Positions 28,851 to 42,489 are shown, counted from the first letter of the stretch. The stretch is 64,000 bases of DNA from Octopus vulgaris (GCA_951406725.2 OX597827.1:12958001-13022000); one strand, 5' to 3'. Translations and numbers: made by a program. Notes: generated from the letters alone by a model not told the origin.

Positions 28851-29437
28851 CACATGGAGAGGAAAATAGTTCAAGCAATAATGATTGTTTACAGAGAAGA
28901 TAATGATTCATATGCAAAGTAGACTGAGTAAAGAATTTAGGTAAAGCATTCAAGAAGTATGCTTTCCAGCCACAGGATTCTGGGTTTGGTCTCATGGCAT
29001 GGCACCTTGGGTAAGTGTCTGCTACTAGGGCCCCTGGCTGACCAAAGCATTATGAGTGGAAACTGAAAGAAGCTCATGGTATATATATCCTTATGCTTGT
29101 GCTTATCCCATACTTTGACAACCAGAGAATTGGTTCCTTTATATCATATAATTCAGCAGCTTAGCAAGGAGACTGATAATGTAAGAACCAGACTTTAAAA
29201 CAAAAAGGGTTAAAATCAATTTTTTCAGCTAAATCCCTTCAAGGCGTTACCTCCGCATGGCTGAAATCCAATGATTGAAACAAGTAAAAGATGAAAGATG
29301 AATAAAAGAACCATAATGGTGAAAGGAAGAGTCATGTGCAGATGAGTTGACCTAGTGTTAGTCAGCATGCCAAAGACTGAGCAATTTGTAACAGTCAAAG
29401 CACCATGTCACTGACAAAGATACACAACAGGAGTGGC

Positions 29438-30177
29438 TAGGCGCAGGAGTGGCTGTGTGGTAAGTAGCTTGCTAACCAACCACATGGTTCTGGGTTCAGT
29501 CCCACTGCGTGGCATCTTGGGCAAGTGTCTTCTGCTATAGCCCCGGGCCAACCAATGCCCTGTGAGTGGATTTGGTAGACGGAAACTGAAAGAAGCCTGT
29601 CGTATATATGTATATATATGTATGTGTATGTATGTGTTTGTGTGTCTGTGTTTGTCCCCCTAGCATTGCTTGACAACCGATGCTGGTGTGTTTACGTCCC
29701 TGTAACTTAGCCGTTCGGCAAAAAAGAGACCGATAGAATAAGTACTGTTTCTCTTACTCTTTCTCTCTTTTACTTGTTTCAGTCATTTGACTGCGGCCAT
29801 GCTGGAGCACCGCCTTTAGTCGAGCAAATCGATCCCGGGACTTATTCTTTTGTAAGCCCAGTACTTATTCTATCGGTCTCTTTTTGCCGAAACCGCTAAG
29901 TAACGGGGACATAAACACACCAGCATCAGTTGTCAAGCAATGCTAGGGGGACAAACACAGACACACAAACATATACACACACATACATACATACATATAT
30001 ATACATATATACGACAGGCTTCTTTCAGTTTCCGTCTACCAAATCCACTCACAAGGCATTGGTCGGCCCGAGGCTATAGCAAGAAGACACTTGCCCAAGA
30101 TGCCACGCAGTGGGACTGAACCCGGAACCATGTGGTTGGTAGGCAAGCTACTTACCACACAGCCACTCCTGCGTCTA
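29438..30177. mobile_element. Two SINE A copies in tail-to-tail inverted arrangement
   Basis: + copy 29438-29746 (3' truncated) abuts - copy 29747-30177. Confidence 0.9.
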
Positions 30178-30848
30178 TTTAGCTCTTAACTCAATGTATG
30201 AATGAAATTGCAACCAGCACTTCTAACAGTAGACTATCGAATACTACTTTCCTACATTGGTGTGTATAGCAGTACAATGATTCTCAGTATAAATAGCTGA
30301 TAATGTTGGATGATAGCTAGATGCGAACTAAATATTTTACTATACTTTCAGTCTGGTGACATACCGAAAATCTACTGAGGAATAAACACATTTATTCATC
30401 CCATATTGTACTTTACATTTCAGCTAAGCTTTCGTTCTGTTTAGGGAATTACAGAGAATTTCTTTAAGCGTTGATAAATTATTCTGTGAAATTGTTCTCG
30501 GGCAAAAGTCATATAAAGTATTCTTAATAAAATTATGCAAGTGTGTTTCAGTTTTATGGAACAATATATTCATTCTGTTTTTGTAAGACGTGCATTTTTA
30601 ACCTCTTCAGAGCTTGCCACCAACTATCTTCTGTGCATTGTCTAAGATATTCCAATCATTGTCAAAGGTCAAGGGATGAAAATAGTGTTCAAAATAGAAA
30701 CAAACAGGTTTAACACAGACATAAATTATCTGTAACCTTTATGTCCCAAGCCAATAATGCACAAATTCATCTAGCCAGAAATGTTCATAGCATCATTCAT
30801 ACTGTTCAATATGTCAGTCAGTGAATGGTTGTTCATATTTTCACTGAT

Positions 30849-30859
30849 TTTTAGTTTCT

Positions 30860-30901
<42 letters not shown>

Positions 30902-30999
30902 AGAAACTAAAAATATATATATATATATTTATATATATATATATATAATTGTTAGTGGAAACATACATTAGATACAAAGGCAAACAAAGAGAGAAAGAA

Positions 31000-31039
<40 letters not shown>

Positions 31040-31093
31040 TTCTTTCTCTCTTTGTTTTGCCTTTGTATCTAATGTGTGTTTCCACTAACAATT
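30849..31093. repeat. Two (TA)n-centred palindromes (30849-30913 and 30947-31093)
   Basis: tttttagtttctct/agagaaactaaaaa arms; aattgttagtggaaac...gaagc/gcttc...gtttccactaacaatt arms. Confidence 0.85.
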
Positions 31094-31441
31094 TTTCAAT
31101 TTTCTGAGAGTGAAAATAATTACACACACAGATATATGTATGCGTGTATATTATCTGTCCATACATATATATATATGTGAGTGTGTATGTATATACATTC
31201 ATACACACACAGATATATGTATGCTTGTATATTATCTGTCCATACATATATATATATATGTGAGTGTGTATGTATATACATTCATACACACACATACTCT
31301 CTCTCTCTCATATATATATTTATATATATATATATAAAATATATCACTCATATGTATATCATGTTATATACACAATGTAATATTATGCATATAACATGAT
31401 ATACATATGTATATGTGCATAAATATATATACACACACACC

Positions 31442-31488
<47 letters not shown>

Positions 31489-32362
31489 AAAATATATCAT
31501 TCATATGTATATCATGTTATATACACAATGTAATATTATGCATATAACAGGATATACATATGCATATGTGCATAAATATATATATATACAAATATGAGTA
31601 GCGGATTGTATATGTATAGATATATTTCTATGTATTTGTGTATGTATATGTATACTTTTATATTCGTATTGAAATATGTATATACATACACACTGTAGAA
31701 ACATATCTTACCGTGTTTACTGTTATAAAAGGTAGATGTGATCTTAACCACCAAATCTCAGATCTATCATTGTAGAACAAATGAAGCTTGTAACAAATGT
31801 TTCTTCTCAGAATATTTATCGCAGAATCTTTAGTTTTTATGGACATAATTCATTAAAACTCATTTTTGGAGGGATATTTTCGAGATAGATTTGGCAATCA
31901 AATTTTTTTTTTTTTCTTTTGAATTGTTATTCTTTTGTCCGAACTATATTTTATTTTTTTTTAAGTAGCTTAACATGTTTTTGTTTATCTTGTCACATTC
32001 TTCATCATGTTTTACTTACCGAGAAAAACATTTAAAACATACACAAACACACATATACACAAACACACATATACACAAACACACATATACACAAACACAC
32101 ATATACACAAACACACATATACACACGTGCTTATACACACACACTCATACGCACACATACTCACACACACACATACATACATACATGTGTGTGTGTGTAT
32201 AAATATCTATCATTATCTATCTATATATATTTATAAACATACGCATTAAAATTTTACTTTTGATTTCTTTTAAATTTTGAAACCATTATGGTCTTTGTCT
32301 GATGAATGTTATGGCATTTTAAACTGGTGGTAAATGAATCTAATTTACAATGATATTCACTG

Positions 32363-32396
<34 letters not shown>

Positions 32397-32407
32397 TATA
32401 TATATAT

Positions 32408-32489
<82 letters not shown>

Positions 32490-32602
32490 AAAAATAAATA
32501 TATATATATAATATATATATATACATGTGTGTATATATATATATCATCATCATCATCATATATATTATATATATATATATAATATATATTACATGTACAT
32601 AT

Positions 32603-32640
<38 letters not shown>

Positions 32641-32695
32641 GCATATTAAGTGATATATGCATCAGCATGGCCGCAGCTCTAAGCTGAAACAAGCA

Positions 32696-32733
<38 letters not shown>

Positions 32734-33275
32734 TATAGATACATACATACATATACACACACACACACACAATATACATGCATACAGTATATATGTGCAT
32801 ACACATATATATATATATATATATATGCATATGTATACATGTATATGTATACATATATACATTACATATGCATATATATATATGTATCACACACATACAC
32901 ACATATATATGAATGAACAAGCATACACACATGCATATAGGTGCATAATTACGTGTCTATGTATATGCGTGTGGGAGTTTATGTCCGTGTAGATATGAGC
33001 AGAATATTTTGCATATTAAGTGATGCTTTAGATGAGAAATAGGATCAACATACAACATATATAATGTCATGTTAGAGAAAGCAGTTTTATGTAGATTCTT
33101 ACATAAGAGCATCATGGGATACACACATCATCTGGACAGATAATTAATTAAATATTATAGTTAATTAAAAGGACTGTTAAATGTATTGTTAATGCTAAGA
33201 ACTGAACTACTACAGTTCAATAAGAGAATTTAAACAGGAATTTAATTTATCCAAGTAATGTTCTTAAACTAAACA

Positions 33276-33442
33276 TAGGCGCTGGAGTGGCTGTGTGGTA
33301 AGTAGCTTGCTAACCAACCACATGGTTCCGGGTTCAGTCCCACTGCGTGGCATCTTGGGCAAGTGTCTTCTGCTATAGCCCCGGGCCGACCAATGCCTTG
33401 TGAGTGGATTTGGTAGATGGAAACTGAAAGAAGCCTGTCGTA

Positions 33443-33482
<40 letters not shown>

Positions 33483-33706
33483 CGTGTGTGTTTTTGTGTG
33501 TCTGTGTTTGTCCCCCTAGCATTGCTTGACAACCGATGCTGGTGTGTTTACGTCCCCGTCACTTAGCGGTTCGGCAAAAGAGACCGATAGAATAAGTACT
33601 GGGCTTACAAAGAATAAGTCCCGGGGTCGATTTGCTCGACTAAAGGCGGTGCTCCAGCATGGCCGCAGTCAAATGACTGAAACAAGTAAGAGTAAAAGAG
33701 AGTAAA
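33276..33706 (+). mobile_element. SINE family A
   Basis: Full-length homology. Confidence 0.9.
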
Positions 33707-34036
33707 CTAAACAGATGCAATCAACACAATATACATCCTGGTAGGAATATAATATGACTCACACGATAAATACATCACGTTCAGGATTAGGTAGCAAGGG
33801 GGATATTATAAGCGATACCCCATAATCTGATAAATAATATGATATTTAAAGGGAAATATTTATTTCTGATATATTTACTGTATATGACAATAGAAATGAG
33901 ATTATTTTATGTTTATGCTTTATTTTCATAAGAAGAAGCAATGGAACTGGGACAGTTATTACTAAGAATCAAAGCTAGGATGCCATGCAGACTTGCCTTG
34001 CTTAAGCCTGAATTTCAATCATGATACAAACGACAT

Positions 34037-34069
<33 letters not shown>

Positions 34070-34214
34070 TGCTCTTTCACTTCATTTGCTTTACCATTTT
34101 TTCTTTGTATGATGGCAGTGGTGGTGGTGGATTTTTGCCCAGTTTACTGTTCCTGGGGGGTATTTAGCACTGTTTGTATGAGCAATTCTTGGTGTTTATT
34201 CCTAGCTCAGCATT

Positions 34215-34380
34215 CATCATCATCATCATCATCATCATCATCGTTTAACGTCCGCTTTCCATGCTAGCATGGGTTGGACGATTTGACTGAGGTATGGCGA
34301 ACCAGATGGCTGCACCAGGCTTCAATCTTGATCTGGCAGAGTTTCTACAGCTGGATGCCCTTCCTAATGCCAACCACTCC
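34215..34380 (-). mobile_element. SINE family C 3' part
   Basis: (CAT)n followed by gtttaacgtccgctttccatgctagcatgggttggacg. Confidence 0.75.
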
Positions 34381-34840
34381 GATGAAAAAATGCATCACAA
34401 CCTGACATCATTATCACCATCATCACCACCACCACCACACCACCACCACTACCACCATCATCGTCATCATCACTATCGTTGTCATCATCATCATCATCAT
34501 TTAATATCTGTTTTCTATGCTGGTATGGGTTGCATGGTTTCACAGGATCTGACGAGCCATAAAGCTACGTTGAGCTCCAAGGTCAGACTTGGCCTGGTTT
34601 CTATGGCTGGATGTCCTTCCTAATGCAAAAACACTTTACAAAGTGTACTGGCGTGTTTTTTTTACATGCCTTGAGCACTAGCAAGATTACCAAATAACTT
34701 GCAAAGTAAGAAAAATAAGCTTGCAAAAAAGAAGGGAGGAATAGAGTGTCTGGAAGAAAAGAAGAAGAAAAAAGCCCCCTTGACTGTATCGAGGAGAGTT
34801 AGTATTCGAGGGGATGAGGGGCGAGAGGTTAGAGTATTCC

Positions 34841-35066
34841 GGCGAGCTGGCAGAAACGTTAGCACACTGGGCGAAAAGCGTAGCCGTATTTCATCTGCCA
34901 TTACGTTCTGAGTTCAAATTCCGCCGAGGTCAACTCTGCCTTTCATCCTTTCGGGGTCGATAAATTAAGTACCAGTTACGGACTGGGGTCGATATAATCA
35001 ACTTGATCCGTTTGTCTGTCCTTGTTTGTGCTCTCTGTGTTTAGCCCCTTGTGGGTAGTAAAGAAA
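34841..35066 (+). mobile_element. SINE family B monomer
   Basis: Family homology. Confidence 0.85.
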
Positions 35067-35321
35067 CATATATTTCTTCTGTCTCGTTATTCTCTGAGTT
35101 CAAATTCCACCAAGGTCAACTTCGCCTTTCAACATTTTGGGGTTAATGAAATAAAACACCAATCAAGAATTGCCATCAGTGTTATTGACGAGCTCCCTTA
35201 CTTCAAAATTGCTGGTTTTGTGCCAAATTTGGAAAGAATTAGCATTCAGTAAGCTGACAAAATTGCTAGAACTTTGGACAAAATACTTAGCAACATTTTT
35301 TTTGGCTCTTTATGTTCTTAG

Positions 35322-35471
35322 CACTAGCATAGCTAAAGTGTGTGCTGCCTGGGGTGGCCCTTCTGTATGTCACCCCTGGACCACACAAAAACCACATATT
35401 GCCTCCAGCAGACCCAAAAGTAGGGCCCCTTTAAAAGTGCTGCCCTTACCGCACCACTAGCTATGCTAGTG
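35322..35471. mobile_element. hAT-type MITE, 14-bp TIR, 8-bp TSD
   Basis: TIR cactagcatagcta/tagctatgctagtg; flanks gttcttag (35314-35321) and gtttttag (35472-35479). Confidence 0.75.
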
Positions 35472-35626
35472 GTTTTTAGTACCTTGCCATGCTCAATTTT
35501 CCCTTTCAGCATTTCAGGGTCAATAAAAAGAAAATGCCTGTTAAGCACTAGAATCAATAAAATTAAATTGTTCTTTCCTGTCAAATTACTGGCCTTGTGT
35601 CAAAAATTAGAAAGAATTATTTAACA

Positions 35627-36388
35627 TAGGCGCGGGAGTGGCTGTGTGGTAAGTAGCTTGCTTACCAGCCACATGGTCCCGGGTTCAGTCCCACTGCATG
35701 GCACTTGGGCAAGTGTCTTCTACTATAGCCTCGGGCCGACCAATGCCTTGTGAGTGGATTTGGTAGACGGAGATTGAAAGAAGCCCGTCGTATATATATA
35801 TGTGTGTGTGTTTGTGTGTCTGTGTTTGTCCCCTCAACATCACTTGACAACCGATGCTGATGTGTTTACGTCACCGTAACTTAGCGGTTCAGCAAAAGAG
35901 ACCGATAGAATAAGTACTAGGCTTACAAAAAATAAGTCCTGGGGTCGATTTCCTCAACTAAAGGCGGTGCTCCAGCATGGCCACAGTCAAATGACTGAAA
36001 CAAGTAAAAGATAAAAGATAAAAGATAGGTGCTGGCATGGCTGTGTGGTAAGAAGCTTGCTTCCCAACCACATGGTTCTGGGTTCAGTCCCACTGCATGA
36101 TATCTTGGGCAAGTGTCTTCTACTATAGCCTCAGGTTGACCAAAGCCTTATAAGTGGATTTAGTAGATGGAAACTGAAAGAAGCCCATCATATATATGTG
36201 TGACAACCAGTGTTGGTGTGTTTATGTCTCTGTAGTTAGCAGTTTAGCAAAATGCTCGATAGAATAAGTAAGGGGCTTAAGAAAAATATAAGCCCCGGGG
36301 TTGATTTGTTTGACTAAAACCCTTCAAGGTGATGCCCCAGTGTAGCCACAATCAAATGACTAAAGCAAGTAAAGGAATAAAAGAATAG
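35627..36388 (+). mobile_element. Two tandem SINE A copies (young 35627-36026, older 36027-36388)
   Basis: Family homology. Confidence 0.85.
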
Positions 36389-37179
36389 ATGGTCTGTGGG
36401 AGTGATTAGTTAATGAAGATTTGGCTGCTATTACTAGCATCTTAGATGACAATATAATATAGTGGTTCCCTCATTGGTTGATTGCAGAAATGTAGAGCCT
36501 TAAAGTGACATAATATAAAACCCCTTATAATCTAATATAATAAGTGCAAAAACTAATTTCTGTGTGTCAGTGTGTCACACTTAGAAACCCTTATACTGTT
36601 AAATATTTTTCAAACTAGATGTTGCTAGAATATACATGAATACAGCTGAGAGACAGAAATCTTAGACGACAGAGTGGTAGACGACTTAGTGGTATTTATG
36701 TTGCACAAATAGTATTTATTAATATATTATTAATTTTATCAGTTTGTTAATTGTATTTTGCTTAAATAACATTATATTTAGTTCATTTTAAACAAGTAAA
36801 ATGTAAGGAAACGCACAAAATTCATCTAATTACAATATATTTATGTGAGCATATTTGCTTGTGTATGTATGTGCATATACTTACTCATATACACATGCAT
36901 ATATACATGTCATATCAAATCACATCGTATGCATATGTATACGTATATAGACAAACATACATACATACATACATACATACATACATACATACACACATAA
37001 ATATATATATATGTGTCTGTGTGTATGTGTGTATATTTATATGTATATATATATAAACATACATATATATATATGTATGCATATATATATATGTATATAT
37101 ATATATGTATATATATATGTATATATATGTATATATATATATATGTTTGTGTATATGTATATGTATATATATATATATG

Positions 37180-37211
<32 letters not shown>

Positions 37212-37219
37212 TATATGTG

Positions 37220-37285
<66 letters not shown>

Positions 37286-38204
37286 TACATATATAAACAT
37301 ACATGCTGACTCATATATATGCACACGCATAATGTAGATTCCTTTCAGAAATTATCAGTGAAACAAATTGCAAATTAAGTGTAAATTTTGAAGAAATCTT
37401 TGGAAAGAGAAAATGATAAATCATTTTTCAGTGATAAAGTTGCAATAAAATATAAATCTTAACGTTAGAAGTAGGCTATAAACCACTCAGAAAGCTATAC
37501 CAACATATTAAATTAGCTAAAAACATTGTCGATGAAAGAGAAGGTGAATATTTGACGAAGAATCTGTCTTTTGCAAAAAGAAAAAAAAAAAAATTGCAAG
37601 CAGTAACTATGAGCATGCCATACTTTCAACAATGCAATTTAAAGGGAAGACAATGTTTTAGCAATATTAGGTGTTGAAAATTTTCTATGAGAAATGTCAT
37701 TCATTTACTGCTAATCTCTCCTACTGAAGCTTAGAGAAATTAGATTTCTCTAACATGAACATTAAGAGAGATAACAAGCAAGGTGAAAAAAAAAAAAAAA
37801 AAGAAAGAAGATGCTGTCATGAAGAATAGAATAGAATAGAATCAATCATTAAATCCATATAAAGACAAGAAATTACAAAATAATATATCTGCGAAAGATC
37901 AATTCAAAGATATGTTAAGATGTTACTGGCTCTAGTAAATGTGGGCATATGTGTAAGTGTGTATGTAAGCATATATGTGTGTGCATATATGTGTGTATAT
38001 ATACATACATATATACGTATGTATATATGTATATATGTATATATATATATATATATGTATGTATATATATGTATATATATATATATGATTATATATGTAT
38101 ATATAGGTATTTATATATATGTAAATATATGTGTGTATATATATATATAAATATATATACATACACATATATTATGTATATCATATGTATTAGTGTGTGT
38201 GTGT

Positions 38205-38241
<37 letters not shown>

Positions 38242-38412
38242 CATACACATGTATGGGCATACATATTTTATGAAAGTTACTCAAAGACTGAAATTCTGTG
38301 CATGAGTATTTTTGTGCAACACTCATTAGATTGAAACTAATATAAAAGCAGATATATTCAAGTGTTGAGTCCTGTTTCCTCTGTTTGTTCAACCATGTAT
38401 ATATATATATAA

Positions 38413-38443
<31 letters not shown>

Positions 38444-38519
38444 TAGATATGTATATATGTGTGTGTGTGTAAAAAAAAAGCCAGTTTCCAATCTAGATTC
38501 AGAGCTCCTTCATTGGGAT

Positions 38520-39077
38520 TTCAACATCCTTGCCGAACGCCAGACTGTATTTCGGAGGGTTCCAACACTTCACCGTACACGCGTACGCGGGATCTTGTTG
38601 AGTGGTAACAAGCTTTGATAAGATTGAGAAGTTTTGGTGGGATACCATCTGCCTGCAACACCTTCAAGAGGGTGTCACGATCGACGGAGTCGAATGCAGC
38701 AGCAAAATCAACTGAGCAGATAACTGTTTTTTGCTGAAAGCACCAACGGTATTCGAGGATTTGTCTTAGGGTGAAGATTTGATTGGTGCAGCCTTGATTT
38801 GGATGGAAACCACACTGGTTTGGTCTTGTTCTAGAGTCACATTCTCATTGGAATCGTCTCAGAAGAATAGATGCAAATATTTTGGCGGAAATGTCAATCA
38901 TACTGATGCCATGGTAGTGGCTGTAGCAGCGTTTATCACCTTTCTTAAAGAAAGGTACCAGTGTCGCGTCGCCCAAGTCTTGGGGGAGGGTTTCCGTATC
39001 CCAAACCCGGGTGATAACTTGATGAATCGCGTGCCCCAGTATATTTGCACTATGCTTGAGGATCTCAACAGGAATGT
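38520..39077 (-). mobile_element. RTE-clade LINE reverse-transcriptase fragment (pseudogenised)
   Basis: IPVEILK...LVPFFKKGD...YHGISM...KIF, stop, then QCGF...QIFTLRQILE...VDFAAAFDSVDR. Confidence 0.9.
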
Positions 39078-39580
39078 TATACAATTGTTTCATCATTAAT
39101 AAATTAAGTAATTTTACTTACATAAATATCTTAGAATCTTCAGTAGAGTACGTCAAAAATATAATTTGTCGAACTGCACGGCAAATATCAACACAAGGTT
39201 TAGAGAGAGATGCACAGTTCAGTCGATTATATTCACAGTTACATTCAAATGCTCTTGTTCTGGCATGCTAAATTACCGGATATAAATACTGCATAAGTAA
39301 TTTACTGCCGGTGATATTTGCCGTGCAGTTCAACAAATTATATTTTTGACGTATTCTACTGAAGATTCTAAGATATTTATGTAAGTAAAATTACATAATT
39401 TATTAATGATGAAACAATTCTATAGGGTTAATCTATATTTTCGTTATTTTTCATTTGTCCTGCTCGCTTACGTTTTTGATGTGTTGAATTATTACTTGAG
39501 AACAATTTTTAGTGGTGGATTCCCTTTGCGGATCTATATCTAGCATAAGAACGTCCACATAGTGGATTCTCTCTTATAGT
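39078..39580 (+). mobile_element. HHR-bearing element with 5' inverted duplication (arms 39078-39190 and 39312-39424) plus 3' extension
   Basis: Inverted arms of about 113 bp, each with CTGAAGA...GAAACAATT(G/C)TA; same family as 23200-23663. Confidence 0.75.
39353..39428 (+). ncRNA. Type I hammerhead ribozyme, degenerate (mirror copy at 39078-39149 on -)
   Basis: ATTCTA-CTGAAGA-ttc...gat-GAAA-CAATTC-TA-TAGGGT; helix I pairs, helix II weak, helix III has one mismatch in the + copy but is intact in the - copy. Confidence 0.65.
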
Positions 39581-39582
39581 TG

Positions 39583-39646
<64 letters not shown>

Positions 39647-40268
39647 TATATTAATTATATTTATATTATTTGTTATTTATGTATTGGTTTATGTCTATCA
39701 CTGTTTGAGTTGCATAATAGTGTTTTTATCTCTAATTCATATTATACATATATATATATATGTATATATAATCAGGTTATCATCAACTTACAGCCTATCT
39801 GACTTACGACTGATCAACATCACGATGATTTGTGCACCAGCTCATGTTAGCAATAATAAATAGTCCAGTTGAAATCTATTGGGTTTAATTTCTTAGAAAT
39901 TAACCTGTCTATGGATGATATCAGCTAACAGATGCTTCCCTGTAGTTTGGTTATCAATTGCCACATGGTTATTCCAAGTGCTGGATGGATATCCAGTCAC
40001 AGAGACATTGAGGCAACCTCGTATTTGTTCATAAGACAACTGCTTGAAGCTCAGAAATTTTCACTAACTCCAGAATAATAGTATAATATAGAATGCTGTG
40101 TGTGAGTTTTACCTGAGAATGTCCCTTAAGAGCCTAAAAATACAAAACAAAGCTATATAGGCCTATAGGCCTATTGACTTATGACTAGTCATTCGGAACC
40201 AATTGCAGTCGTAAATCGACAACAACAGGTACATATATATATTTATATATATATATATATATATATAT

Positions 40269-40762
40269 ACGTGAAGTATATTAGCCATCTCAATATGGCT
40301 AAGCACTAAGGGTGGGTGTTACTGTAGCTTTTAGCCCCAGGAGATCATCGTCTCCAGCTGGCTTTAGGCACACTTTCTGTGGCCTTATGGTATTTGCAAA
40401 GGGAGGTCATCCCTCTCTCGTCAACCTAAGTGATACGCACGGACTGCAATTTCTAGGTATTTGCCTGTCTTCGGCGTATGGCGTTCGAAAACCGGTGATT
40501 GCCGTACGCTGAAGACAAGCAAATACCTAGAAACTGCAGTCCGTGCGAATCACTTAGGTTGACGAGAGAGGGATGACCTCCCTTTGCAAATACCATAAGG
40601 GCATAGAAAGTGTGCCTAAAGCCAGCTGGAGACGATGATCTCCTGGGGCTAAAAGCTACAGTAACACCCACCCTTAGTGGTTAGCCATGGTGAGATGGCT
40701 AGTATACTTCACGTTGTCGAGCAGTTACTGTTTACATCTCGTTCAGATATTTATTGTTGCTT
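40269..40762 (+). mobile_element. 446-bp palindrome (214-bp arms, 18-nt spacer) plus 48-bp tail in (TA)n; HHR-bearing Penelope-like element
   Basis: Arms 40269-40482 and 40501-40714; tail gagcagttactgttta...atttatt shared with 60577-60620. Confidence 0.8.
40503..40547 (+). ncRNA. Minimal type I hammerhead ribozyme, predicted GUC cleavage after 40541 (mirror copy 40436-40480 on -)
   Basis: CGTACG-CTGAAGA-caag-caaata-ccta-GAAA-CTGCAG-TC-CGTGCG; helix II is better paired (AGG/CCT) in the mirror copy. Confidence 0.75.
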
Positions 40763-40767
40763 ATATA

Positions 40768-41185
40768 TATATATAATTATAACAATAAGGGTTTAGCAAC
40801 AAGTTGCTTGACCACATACCAAAAATTTTAGAAATAGCTATTTCTTTTTTCTACAAAAATATGTCTCCATGCGTTCATAATTAATCGAAGACTGTTTGAT
40901 TTCATTATTTTTCTTCTTCTTCATTGCCATGTGTGAGTTACAAATATTGTTATCTGTGGAGACATATTTTTGTAGAAAAAAGAAATAGCAGACTTTTGGC
41001 TGCTATTTCTAAAATCTTCAGCATGTGGTCAAGCAACTTGTTGCTAAACCCTTATTGTTATAATTATATATAAAAAAACTTTTTGTACAAGTTTTTACCG
41101 ACTATGGTCCTTTTCCATACCGAAAAACTACTAGGTGAAATTTGTTAATTTTATTAAATTAATAATTATTTACCCAAATCTGTAA
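40768..41185 (+). mobile_element. (TA)n-embedded palindrome-plus-tail element
   Basis: Inverted arms agggtttagcaacaagttgcttgaccaca.../...tgtggtcaagcaacttgttgctaaaccct; tail ggtccttttccataccgaa...ggtgaaatt shared with 58168-58450. Confidence 0.75.
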
Positions 41186-41540
41186 CCGCCTTTAGTCGAG
41201 CAAATCGACCCCGGGACTTATTCTTTGTAAGCCCAGTACTTATTCTATCGGTCTCTTTTGCCGAACCGCTAAGTGATGGGGACGTAAACACACCAGCATC
41301 GGTTGTCAAGCAATGCTAGAGGGACAAACACAGACACACAAACATATACACACACACTTATATATATATACATATATACGACAGGCTTCTTTCAGTTTCC
41401 GTCTACCAAATCCACTCACAAGGCATTGGTCGGCCCGGGGCTATAGCAGAAGACACTTGGCCAAGATGCCACGCAGTGGGACTGAACCCGGAACCATGTG
41501 GTTGGTTAGCAAGCTACTTACCACACAGCCACTCCTGCAC
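41186..41540 (-). mobile_element. 3'-truncated SINE A flanked by 55-bp direct repeats
   Basis: 41131-41185 vs 41541-41595, 3 mismatches. Confidence 0.85.
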
Positions 41541-41597
41541 CTAGGTGAAATTTGTTAATTTTATTAAATTACTAATTTTTTACCTAAATCTGTAATC

Positions 41598-41638
<41 letters not shown>

Positions 41639-41880
41639 GTGCTTGTACATATGTGTGCATGTTGTGGAGTGTTTGTGTCTACCCTTGTTCGGACATCACA
41701 TGATGTTTCTAAACATGCAACATGGTCACAGAAATGTCTTACATTTCCAGAGTTCCCTGAAAAATGTCTGGCCATGGGGAAATGATATTTTCTTTGGAAA
41801 TGGTTGTGTTTTGATGCTGCTGAATATCTACCTCTATTAAATCCATCAGACCCATGCAAGCATATAAAAGTGGACATTAA

Positions 41881-42102
41881 CCCTTTAGTGTTCAGATTAC
41901 TCTGTTAAATGCAATACTTTTTCACTCAAATTGTTTTGAATTAATCATGCATTATCTTATAGCTTTGAGGTTTCAGTGATGTGATTGTTTATTTTCAGAA
42001 TGGCATTGTAGGTTAGGTGTGAGAGGTTAGGTATGGGCCAGGTTGAACATAAAACATATAGAATATATTGGGCCAGATTTGGCCGGTTTAAACACTAAAG
42101 GG
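41881..42102. mobile_element. piggyBac-type MITE
   Basis: TTAA|ccctttagtgtt...aacactaaaggg|TTAA. Confidence 0.8.
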
Positions 42103-42147
42103 TTAAAACAATGATGGTGTTGATGATGATAATAGATAGGTTGATGA

Positions 42148-42183
<36 letters not shown>

Positions 42184-42188
42184 ACACG

Positions 42189-42230
<42 letters not shown>

Positions 42231-42417
42231 CAGATATGAGTGTATGTGTATGTATGCTTTCATATATATGTATATGTGTACATATCTATATGCATATATA
42301 TATTCACATATATGTGTGTGTGTGTGTGCGCGCGTGTATGCATGTGTGCATGTGTATCCATGTGTAAATGTGCTTATGTGCATTTCTGTGTGTGCGTATG
42401 TGTGTGTGTGAATGTGA

Positions 42418-42489
<72 letters not shown>

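Noticed and set aside
32293-32335. CTGATGA followed by a hairpin and TAAACTGGT
   Set aside because: GAAA is absent and helix I does not pair; too degenerate to call
40312-40671. Two near-identical ORFs on opposite strands
   Set aside because: A consequence of the palindrome; non-ATG starts and no recognisable protein
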